NCBI GenBank assembly: GCA_030917815.1
Contig: JAUPTZ010000001.1
Location: 2,102 to 66,101, forward strand
Length of the DNA: 64,000 nucleotides
Direction: 5' to 3'
Origin: Candidatus Babelota bacterium
Lineage (GTDB): Bacteria > Babelota > Babeliae > Babelales > JAUPTZ01
Shown piece by piece: positions 42,670 to 50,750 of this stretch (the first letter of the stretch is position 1; every line of letters begins with the position of its first letter). Below the pieces are notes generated by a model that searched no databases, was not told the origin of the DNA, and saw nothing but the letters and a program-made list of their open reading frames with translations. Position numbers and translations under genes: made by a program.

Positions 42670-43793
42670 GTTTTACGTTCGAAATTCTCTATAAATCAAC
42701 CAAATCGCGTGCTCGTGTGGGTCGTATTCATACGCCTCATGGGGTCATAGACACTCCTGGGTTTGTTCCGGTCGGTACCAATGGGTGCATGAAAGGTTTG
42801 ACCGCGCATCAGGTTGCCGATCTTGGGGTCCAGCTTATGTTCTGTAATACCTATCATCTTATGGTGCAGCCCGGTGCCGATGTGGTTGCTGCGGCTGGGG
42901 GACTTCATACCTTTATGCAGCGAACACAGCCGTTAATTACCGACTCTGGTGGGTTTCAGGTATTTAGTCTGGCCTACGGTGGCTACACCGAAGAATTGAA
43001 GAGCAAGGGGGTTAAGCAGCAGCGCAACAGCGTGGCAAAGATTACCGAAGAAGGGGTTATGTTTCGCTCGTATCGTGATGGCAGTCCTTTGCTGTTGACG
43101 CCGGAAAGCTCGATTGCTGCGCAAAAAAAATTAGGTGCTGACATTATTGTCTCATTTGATGAATTGCCGCCGTATCATACCGATATTCGCCAGTTGCGAA
43201 AAAGTTTGGACCGTACCCATCGCTGGGAAAAGCGATCGCTTGAGGCTCATCAAGCCGATCCTAAGAATCAGGCTTTGTATGCGGTGGTGCATGGTGGCGT
43301 GCAAAAAGATATGCGCAGTCTAAGTGCCCAATATCTGGGAAGTATGCCGTTTGATGGCTATGGCATTGGTGGTAGTGTTGGAAAAGATCGAGCCGAGATG
43401 GAAGAAATGCTGCGCCATACCGTACATCAGTTGCCGGAAGATAAGCCGGTGCATTTGCTGGGTATTGGCGACATTCCTTCTATAGAGCTTGCGGTCCCGT
43501 TGGGAATTGATACGTTTGATAGCTCGCATCCGACAAAATGTGCGCGGCATGGCCTACTTTTTACCTCACAAGGTACCTTGCGTATTGTGCGTACCGCGTA
43601 TGCAATGACACCGGGCCCTATTGAGGTTGGCTGCCCTTGCTACACCTGTACCAACTACTCGGTAGCGTATGTACACCATTTGTTTAAAGCGCATGAATTG
43701 ACCTACTATACGCTGGCAAGCATCCATAATATTTCATTTATGATGCGGCTCATGGCTACGTATCGCTCCGCTATTCTGCATGGCTTAGTTTAA
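42666..43793 (+). CDS. tgt: tRNA-guanine transglycosylase
   Basis: ARVGRIHTPHGVIDTPGFVPVGT, NTYHL, TDSGGFQVFSL, GIGG and the Zn site CPCYTC...H are canonical Tgt motifs. Confidence 0.93.
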   Translation: MSFTFEILYKSTKSRARVGRIHTPHGVIDTPGFVPVGTNGCMKGLTAHQVADLGVQLMFCNTYHLMVQPGADVVAAAGGLHTFMQRTQPLITDSGGFQVFSLAYGGYTEELKSKGVKQQRNSVAKITEEGVMFRSYRDGSPLLLTPESSIAAQKKLGADIIVSFDELPPYHTDIRQLRKSLDRTHRWEKRSLEAHQADPKNQALYAVVHGGVQKDMRSLSAQYLGSMPFDGYGIGGSVGKDRAEMEEMLRHTVHQLPEDKPVHLLGIGDIPSIELAVPLGIDTFDSSHPTKCARHGLLFTSQGTLRIVRTAYAMTPGPIEVGCPCYTCTNYSVAYVHHLFKAHELTYYTLASIHNISFMMRLMATYRSAILHGLV

Positions 43794-45679
43794 AAAAGGG
43801 CTTTCAGGTTGCTGCCGATCCATGTCAGCGCGCTGGTATCTTCTTTTTTGTTCTTAACACTGGCACCAAGAGCATTAATGAACATCTCTTTGTGCTCTTC
43901 TATCGTGTATTTCATGAGCCCTATGAGTTTCTCAGCCTGTTCTTTGGTGTACCAAAAGTTAAAGGTTTTTGTTTCTGGCGAAGTCCGTGGATCGTAGCCC
44001 GGATGAAAATCTCTGTTCTTTTGGATGGTAATGTAAATGATGCTTGGTGTCTGTATGTCTGGGGATGGCCAATAACTTATTGGCTGATTGATTACCCCTT
44101 GTGCGTTAAACGTCATTCGTGGATATTTGTTTTGCAAGGCTTTAGCCGTTGTCTTCCAGGTAGATTCGGCATCTTTGGCGTTGATGCTGTTGCTTACGAT
44201 AATTACCAGGTCTGAATTTCTTTGTGGATGTGTTAACGGAATGACTGGAAGATTGCAATAATGTCCGGCATCGATGAGTGATATGGTTTTATCGTTTTTG
44301 TAGGGGGCATTTTCCATGCCGTAGGTGAAATTTGGTACGATTGCGGTACATTGTTTAGAACCAAACCATCGCTTCATAAGATTTGAGTGTACCCATGATT
44401 TTGGCACTAATCGAGCAAATTCGGCGTTCCGCTCATGGGTGTGGGCAAGAAGCTCTTGGAGGCTTACGCTAAACGCAGATCCCCAGATGCCCATGAAATA
44501 GCCAAGCCATGGCTCAGGAGCGAAGTCGATTGATTTGCCTTTATTGAAATGTCGCATAAAAGCCCAGGTAGGTATGCTATGTCCCGAATTGCTCATCTCT
44601 ATATTCCATGGTGACATGCTGACCCAGGTGTACTTTGTTTTTAAGCTTTTTCGATACGGTATTACGGCGCTGCAGAGCGGGTAGGGATGACAGGCAGGAT
44701 CAAGTGTTTTGGTCATGTGTGAGAGGAAGAACGAGAAGGGGTTGTCTTTGAGTGGCTGCAACAACCTCTTCGATAATACAAGGCTGTATAAGTCGGGTAG
44801 CCCGGTGCTGTTACCAAAAAGAGCTTTAATATGGCGCAGCGTATTGAAATCTCTGAGTGATTTTTTCACCAGCTTTTCTTCGGTGTGTTCGCCAATGTGC
44901 TGCGTAACAAAAGCGGCATATTCATGAATCGATTTCTTACTCATGATCCAGGGAATAAGCGCCCATGAGCCACCAGAAAGACTGGTTGCGTACTCAATAA
45001 TTGAAAGCATTCCTATAGTATCAAGGCCTTGGAGTACACCAAGGGTGGCAAGCATGGCGCGAAACCCGCCGCCACTGACGCAAAGTGTTACATGGGGGGC
45101 ATAGGCGACATTAATTGATTGACCAAGGAGCTTTTCGGCCGCTCCTAACGAGATTTTTTGGCGATCTTTTACATAGCGAGCTTCTTCATTACAGAGCTCG
45201 GTGGCGGTAGAACTTACCGAGGCAATAGCTCCGTAATGACGCGACTGTTCGGCGATACTTTTACGTAACTCTTCTCGCAAAACCTCAAAATCTTCTTCAT
45301 TAGCCGGTATTATTTCCGGTCCGCGTACACTTTCTACATAGATGAGACTTGTTGGTCGACCAAAGTTAACATTGAGTGGTGCAACGCCGAAGTAGAGTGT
45401 TTGATCTATTAAATCTATTTTCTGCGGTAGGTTTTCTTTGTGCTTATCAACATAGAGCATGCGGTTTTTCAGTAAACTCATGCAGGGGAGTTCTATATTT
45501 GCTACTTTTCCTGGTTCCACCGGAACAACATCGCTTTTGCGAAGTCCATATGATGAATTAGTATGATAGATTGCACCAAAAATAGTTTCTGTACTGTTGT
45601 TTTGAAGCGAAACACTTTTGGCTATAGCATGAAATGGTGCAATAACGCATAAGATTAAAAAAATGTAGTGTGCTTTCAT
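43790..45679 (-). CDS. secreted cPLA2/PLB-type (PLA2_B, lysophospholipase catalytic domain) phospholipase
   Basis: ATG 45679 gives the signal peptide MKAHYIFLILCVIAPFHAIA. CVSGGGFRAMLATLGVLQGL...SLSGGSWAL matches the GxSGGGxRAM / GLSG(G/S)(S/T)W oxyanion and nucleophile motifs. LIDAGHYCNLPVIPLTHPQRNSDLVIIVSNS parallels cPLA2 DSGLTFNLPYPLILRPQRGVDLIISFDFS, which contains the catalytic Asp. Confidence 0.85.
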   Translation of the reverse strand: MKAHYIFLILCVIAPFHAIAKSVSLQNNSTETIFGAIYHTNSSYGLRKSDVVPVEPGKVANIELPCMSLLKNRMLYVDKHKENLPQKIDLIDQTLYFGVAPLNVNFGRPTSLIYVESVRGPEIIPANEEDFEVLREELRKSIAEQSRHYGAIASVSSTATELCNEEARYVKDRQKISLGAAEKLLGQSINVAYAPHVTLCVSGGGFRAMLATLGVLQGLDTIGMLSIIEYATSLSGGSWALIPWIMSKKSIHEYAAFVTQHIGEHTEEKLVKKSLRDFNTLRHIKALFGNSTGLPDLYSLVLSKRLLQPLKDNPFSFFLSHMTKTLDPACHPYPLCSAVIPYRKSLKTKYTWVSMSPWNIEMSNSGHSIPTWAFMRHFNKGKSIDFAPEPWLGYFMGIWGSAFSVSLQELLAHTHERNAEFARLVPKSWVHSNLMKRWFGSKQCTAIVPNFTYGMENAPYKNDKTISLIDAGHYCNLPVIPLTHPQRNSDLVIIVSNSINAKDAESTWKTTAKALQNKYPRMTFNAQGVINQPISYWPSPDIQTPSIIYITIQKNRDFHPGYDPRTSPETKTFNFWYTKEQAEKLIGLMKYTIEEHKEMFINALGASVKNKKEDTSALTWIGSNLKALF

Positions 45680-45932
45680 AAGGGTCCTTTTCTTTGCACG
45701 AGATTTTGACGATATCTGTAGACAACGTACAGGCGCTGAAACCTCTTTGTACAGAAAATGCTGATATCGACTATCGCTGTCCCACAGCGAAGAATATTCG
45801 GCGATCATTTTTTTTGACCGTTGCATTTCTGCTATGATTGCGATACCATATCCTCTCGTGGCAGTATACGCATTATAACTCGTTGCTTTGTATGTAAATC
45901 GCCTTAAAGGCGGTTATGTAGAAGGTAGGTTT

Positions 45933-47396
45933 ATGTGGGTTGTACTTGTTTGTCTGTGCGGTAGTTTTGCCGCCTCTTGTTTTGGTGTAGCTCTTGAAGA
46001 GACCGCTTTATGGGGTTCTCTGGGTGAGTATCGGTTGTTATCTACTCAAAAAAAATCTTATTTCTTATCGGTTGCTCGAATCATCGACTCATTTTTTATG
46101 CATGAGCCTGATCGTTCTTTTGCCGATCTTCGTAGTTCCTGGCAGGCTTGCCTTCGCTGTTCGTTGCATGATTTTGCTGCAATTGAGCAATTGTGTGAGT
46201 CGATTGCTACACTTCTTTTATATGATAATGCTCTTAAAAATAGCCTTTCTCTTTCATCGGAACAGTCGATGCAGCTTAGGGCTATCGAAGAGTGGAGTCG
46301 GTCACTTGTTTCTGCATTATGTGAAACCGATAGCAGTTTTGAACCTTTAGCGCGTCGCATACAAGAAAAGAAGATCGCTCTGCCACGTAAGTGGCTTCGA
46401 TGGAGTGGGGTTATGGCTATAGGTGTCGTAGCTCTGTTCCTTCTGTGGTGTTTTCAGCGGCCGCATTCTGTTTGTGCCGATTCTTTTCCGATGGCGGTGC
46501 AAGCGTATGGCTTGCTCGGAGCTAGCGTTGATACGCCGCCGTTGCGTGCGCCGGTTGAGGACGGTAGGCAGATTTTTTCTCTCTTGCCTCCGGAAGCAAT
46601 AGATCGGCTTAAAGAAGAAGGCTTAGTGGTGCATGCGGCCACTACCGACTCAATGGTTATTGATGTGCCCGATGAGGCGTTGAAAGGGAAGCTGATACGC
46701 GAAGCTTCATGTGTTCATTTAAGTTCTGAAGATGCGGCGTGCGTTCGTGAGTCATACGAGCAGGTACAGCAGGCGCAGGCGAAGAAACCGCTCGATAGTG
46801 AAGGTGCTCGGGCGTTGCTGAAAGATGACCAGCGCGTTATTGATTTTGTTGCCCATGTTGTTGGCGGTGCGCCTGACCAAATGGCCTTATCTTTAAAGAA
46901 GATTCTTAAGAATAAGGGAGGCGTTGTTGCTGAGAGTTCCAGTAAATCGTCCGGAAAAGTGAATAAGAATTATCCTCATGCAGAGTCGGTTTTTCTTGAA
47001 GAATTGGTTGCCCAGTGTGGCGATGCCATCCAATTGTTTATTGATAATGCAGGACAAGATCCTTTCTCGATTGGAGGGTTTATGGGAGCGCGCTCCGATG
47101 ATGAGGATGTTCTCTCTCTGGTGCAATTTTTGAGTGAAGAAAAAGATTCATTGAGCGCTGTTTTTTCTCTCCTTAAGGATGATCGAGAGGAGCAGCAGCG
47201 TTTTTCGCGACTCATGATTCAATCATTTACCGAAATGATTATGCAGCGGTCAGATGGTGATGCCTTGCAGGCCCATAAAGCGCTTATCGGAGCACTTTGG
47301 GCGCGTAAGACATACGCAATTCTGCTTACTAAAATGCATCAACGGATAAGCTCCGCATCCCACAGCACTAACAACGTTGCTGGCGGAGCTTCTTAG
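45933..47396 (+). CDS. hypothetical membrane protein (487 aa)
   Basis: ATG 45933 is preceded by GAAGGTAGG. It has the N-terminal signal MWVVLVCLCGSFAASCFG and an internal TM WSGVMAIGVVALFLLWCF. No motif recognised. Confidence 0.6.
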   Translation: MWVVLVCLCGSFAASCFGVALEETALWGSLGEYRLLSTQKKSYFLSVARIIDSFFMHEPDRSFADLRSSWQACLRCSLHDFAAIEQLCESIATLLLYDNALKNSLSLSSEQSMQLRAIEEWSRSLVSALCETDSSFEPLARRIQEKKIALPRKWLRWSGVMAIGVVALFLLWCFQRPHSVCADSFPMAVQAYGLLGASVDTPPLRAPVEDGRQIFSLLPPEAIDRLKEEGLVVHAATTDSMVIDVPDEALKGKLIREASCVHLSSEDAACVRESYEQVQQAQAKKPLDSEGARALLKDDQRVIDFVAHVVGGAPDQMALSLKKILKNKGGVVAESSSKSSGKVNKNYPHAESVFLEELVAQCGDAIQLFIDNAGQDPFSIGGFMGARSDDEDVLSLVQFLSEEKDSLSAVFSLLKDDREEQQRFSRLMIQSFTEMIMQRSDGDALQAHKALIGALWARKTYAILLTKMHQRISSASHSTNNVAGGAS

Positions 47397-47405
47397 AATT
47401 GTTTG

Positions 47406-47517
47406 GCTAGCGATCCTTACGTGCTGCTAAATGGAGCATGCAACGAGAGCGTACGCTGTCACGAGTCTTCGATGATCGAGGTGTGATCATTTAGCATCGT
47501 GCCAGGATCGCTAGCCC
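47406..47517. repeat. 112-nt imperfect inverted repeat (long hairpin) between two genes
   Basis: The outer arms GGCTAGCGATCC (47406..47417) and GGATCGCTAGCC (47506..47517) are perfect complements. The inner arms CTAAATG / CATTTAG pair, and there is a central near-palindrome TCGATGATCGA. Confidence 0.8.
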
Positions 47518-47535
47518 ACCCACAAGGAGTATGTA

Positions 47536-47634
47536 ATGATGATTCAAAATATTCAAGCGCGCCTCTTTTTTTTTAGTAGCTGGGGGAGTATGGTTTCTCT
47601 GGTTTTCTACCGCTATTCCGGCTACGAGTACTGA
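47536..47634 (+). other. short ORF carrying the SD and start codon that appear to belong to the LRR gene; it is out of frame because of a T9 tract (47566..47574)
   Basis: AAGGAG (47524..47529), 6 nt, then ATGATG. It reads MMIQNIQARLFFF SSWGS...*. Removing one T gives MMIQNIQARLFFLVAGGVWFLWFSTAIPATSTEEGGTTL-MGVVCG..., in frame with 47654..50104. Confidence 0.65.
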
Positions 47635-47653
47635 GGAAGGCGGTACAACACTG

Positions 47654-50104
47654 ATGGGGGTAGTGTGTGGCCGTGAAGCGACACAGCTCTATACGGTGTA
47701 TTCGGCGTATACTGAATACCTTGAGCGCGGAGGAACGCTGCTCATTTCACTCAACAAAGTGAAATCAATGGTTATGCAGTGCGCATCGTTATCGGGTGCC
47801 GATGCAGTTGCGGCCGATATTCGGGCAAAAGTATCGGTACCGTTGATTAAGACAGGTTTGGCTGATGGTACTTTGTATCTTGTGCCGCCACTCTTTTTTT
47901 CCTCGCTGGGGCTTCCGGTTCCTGAGGGAGATTATCGATTAGACATTGATCGTAGAAGCATGCGGGTCTTCATGCAAATGATGGAGGGCTTGCGTCATTC
48001 TTTTACCCACGTTGCGCATGATAATGAAGCGATTTTGCAAAAAAGTCTGGACGATCCACGGTGCCGTTCATGTGCTATTAAGCGGGTTTTGCGCTCTTTT
48101 GATAAGGCGCCAAAATGGCTGGCGCGTGTTGCTATTGATCGAAGTCGCGATGGAGGATCGGTTACTTCCTCGGTATCATCAGGTGCCGATTCTTCATTTA
48201 GTATTGGGTATATGTCACGTAATAAAAGTGTTTCTGGGCTTGTTCTTGAGTATGGTTTAGAGCGATTTCGTACCTTGTTTTTTAAGAAAGCGGGGCGGCT
48301 TGACCTCTCTTCTCAGGGATTAAATACGCTCGATGATTTTTGTCAGGCGGTTACCACCATTTTTTCGCCGACCGAGTTAGCCGGAATAAGAGAACTATCA
48401 TTATCAGGTAACCAAATAGCTGCGTTGCCGGCCGGTATTTTTTCCTGTTTTCCTAATCTTGAAAGCCTTAGTGTTGGCAATAACCCCTTGAAAAGTATTG
48501 CGCCAAAGGCATTGCAGGGGCTTGAGCATTTGCTCAAGCTCTTTATTGCAGATGTTCCTGATTTGGATATGCCGGCCGATTTTCTGCAATATACTCCTCG
48601 ATTGCAAATATTTTTTGCTTCGGGATGTCGATTGAAAGAGATGATTTCTTTGCGTTCGGTCCCGCACTTAAAAGTGTTTGATGTTTCAAATAATAGGCTT
48701 TCCAGCATTCCTGATATGTCGTTTTTGGGAAATATGCGCGTATGTAATGCGATGGATAATGTAATTGAGATCTGTGATCTTAGCCGATTGCCTCGCAATG
48801 CGCGTGGTGAGATTTCACTGACCGCACTACAGTTGAATGATAATGCTATTCAGGTGGTACCTAGTGCTTTGTACGATATGATGCCACGAAGTGGGCTACT
48901 AATTACTTTGCATAACAACCCGGTTTGGGAGCGGCAAAAAAAAGCGATGACCTCTGCGTTGGCGCAATCTGGGTATCAGGCTTTCCCGCGGCAATGCCAG
49001 TTCGATGGATTGATCGCTGCTCGTGATGTTAGCGCTACGTTATTTGCCGATATTTCCGAAAAACTTTGTAGTTTTTTAGCTAAAGAGAAACCAATAGTTT
49101 CTTCGGTTATTGCGCATGAAATTGGCCGTAAGCGATTGCTGGCTAACATTGAAACGAAAGGGGCCGATAGGGCTCACTGGGTAGATGAAAATAGTTGGTG
49201 GATTATCGGAGGAGTTGCCGTGGTTACCGGTGGGGTTGGCGCTGGGGTAGGCTATTTTGTAAAGAAAACCGGTGAAGTGGCGGCTCGCCGTGCCGTTGCC
49301 TGTGGTACTGCCGGTGCGGTTGGGGGTCTTGCGGCCGCCTATGTAGGGTGCCATCTTGTTTCTGATGGCGGGTATGTTTTTCTCGATACCGGATCCCAAA
49401 CGGTACAGATGACGAGTGAGTTGAAAGCGCTGTATGGCGGGGTGTCTCGCATGGTGGCACTTTTGGCGATGTTGAAGCAATATTTGGTTGTGTGTAATAC
49501 CTGCTTGGAATGGTTGTTTCGGTACGATACGTATGCGGTTAATTCTCGGCGAGTTGATGCGGTAATAACCTATCTCGAGAAGCAGATGAATTTGCAGCGG
49601 CAGAAGTTTTTTGCCCGCATTGATGATCCGACAACTATTGCCTTACTCCATGAGTTGAGTGCTGAAGATCCACTTGCAGAGATCAAAAAACATACGCCTG
49701 ACGATCTTTTTTTCGGCACTCGCTTGGATGAGGTAAGTCTTGATACCGATGCTACTTTTATGTGGATTGAGCTGGAAAAAATCTATGTAGTGCGAACCGT
49801 TATCATGAAATTTAGTGCCGCGGCAAAAGCGCTCCGTGCCATTTTAGTGAATCGTTATTTAGGTACGTATGACCATGCTCAAGTGTGTCGCATTGTTTGT
49901 GATGGGAAAATTTTATGCGATGAACTTAAGTGTGTGGTTTCCGATATTGTGATGCCGCTGCTTACCGGTATGGAGCTGGCCGGAGAAACCGGTGAAGCGT
50001 GGTACAAAGAGTTACTGCATCTGCGTCTCATTGCGGATGAAACCGTTCGGCTGCTGCAGGAATTGCTTCGTCATAAGGAGTGTTTGGATAGAATCGTTGC
50101 ATGA
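47654..50104 (+). CDS. leucine-rich-repeat protein with Gly-rich TM segments and a helical C-terminal domain (the N-terminus probably lies upstream, see 47536)
   Basis: LRR units LSLSGNQIAALPAGIFSCFPNLESLSVGNNPLKSIAP..., LKVFDVSNNRLSSIP and LTALQLNDNAIQVVP. TM segments WWIIGGVAVVTGGVGAGVGYFV and CGTAGAVGGLAAAYVGCHLV. There is no SD before ATG 47654. Confidence 0.8.
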   Translation: MGVVCGREATQLYTVYSAYTEYLERGGTLLISLNKVKSMVMQCASLSGADAVAADIRAKVSVPLIKTGLADGTLYLVPPLFFSSLGLPVPEGDYRLDIDRRSMRVFMQMMEGLRHSFTHVAHDNEAILQKSLDDPRCRSCAIKRVLRSFDKAPKWLARVAIDRSRDGGSVTSSVSSGADSSFSIGYMSRNKSVSGLVLEYGLERFRTLFFKKAGRLDLSSQGLNTLDDFCQAVTTIFSPTELAGIRELSLSGNQIAALPAGIFSCFPNLESLSVGNNPLKSIAPKALQGLEHLLKLFIADVPDLDMPADFLQYTPRLQIFFASGCRLKEMISLRSVPHLKVFDVSNNRLSSIPDMSFLGNMRVCNAMDNVIEICDLSRLPRNARGEISLTALQLNDNAIQVVPSALYDMMPRSGLLITLHNNPVWERQKKAMTSALAQSGYQAFPRQCQFDGLIAARDVSATLFADISEKLCSFLAKEKPIVSSVIAHEIGRKRLLANIETKGADRAHWVDENSWWIIGGVAVVTGGVGAGVGYFVKKTGEVAARRAVACGTAGAVGGLAAAYVGCHLVSDGGYVFLDTGSQTVQMTSELKALYGGVSRMVALLAMLKQYLVVCNTCLEWLFRYDTYAVNSRRVDAVITYLEKQMNLQRQKFFARIDDPTTIALLHELSAEDPLAEIKKHTPDDLFFGTRLDEVSLDTDATFMWIELEKIYVVRTVIMKFSAAAKALRAILVNRYLGTYDHAQVCRIVCDGKILCDELKCVVSDIVMPLLTGMELAGETGEAWYKELLHLRLIADETVRLLQELLRHKECLDRIVA

Positions 50105-50231
50105 TTTTATGACTACAAGTATTGATTCAGCTTGATATTGTCGCCATAAAAGCCAACAGTCTTTACTGTTTGTATTGCAAATTGCTACCATTGTCTCAAG
50201 GATCAAGTGAGTATCCGGGGGCGAGGGTTTT

Positions 50232-50678
50232 GTGAGAATGTATCTGATTACTATGCTTTTTTTTCTTTCTTGCGGAGTGGTTAGCGGGCACGGGTTGTTG
50301 TCGGCAGCGCCGAATGTGTATAACGGCCGGAGTGCCCACTTTATTATTTCGCTGCCTGATGGGGTGGTGTTTCGACATGTGGAGCATGACGCGGAGAAGA
50401 AGATAGTTTTTATATTTCCTGGTCTGAGCATGGTTGAGTGTATCAGGAGAGTTGAGTTTAAGGGTGATGGTGCTCTGTTCGGTCATGTAGTGACTTCTTC
50501 GCCAGAGGGTGCCTGTTTTTCGTTGGATTTGCGTCAAGCGGTTTCGCCGGTAGTGACGGTGATGCGTTGCCGTGCGCCGTATCAGGTTATTATTGGGGTG
50601 CATGATGCTCCGGTCGGTTCACCTAGTTCGCCGTTTCACACTCAGGCTCACCATAGCGCCCCACTTCGTATGGCGTAG
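50232..50678 (+). CDS. small secreted hypothetical protein (148 aa)
   Basis: Signal peptide MRMYLITMLFFLSCGVVSG. The upstream GGGCGAGGGT box is shared with the next gene. Overlapping minus-strand ORFs look non-coding. Confidence 0.5.
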   Translation: MRMYLITMLFFLSCGVVSGHGLLSAAPNVYNGRSAHFIISLPDGVVFRHVEHDAEKKIVFIFPGLSMVECIRRVEFKGDGALFGHVVTSSPEGACFSLDLRQAVSPVVTVMRCRAPYQVIIGVHDAPVGSPSSPFHTQAHHSAPLRMA

Positions 50679-50750
50679 CAGCCGCTTTTTTTTTACCCAT
50701 AATATGCTATAGTTGCCTCCTATTTATAGGACGGGCGAGGGTAAGTTTTA

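Noticed and set aside
43790-43793. tgt and the phospholipase gene overlap by 4 nt tail-to-tail, considered as a possible antisense regulatory arrangement.
   Set aside because: It is only an overlap of stop codons with no hairpin. It is common in compact genomes and there is no evidence of function.
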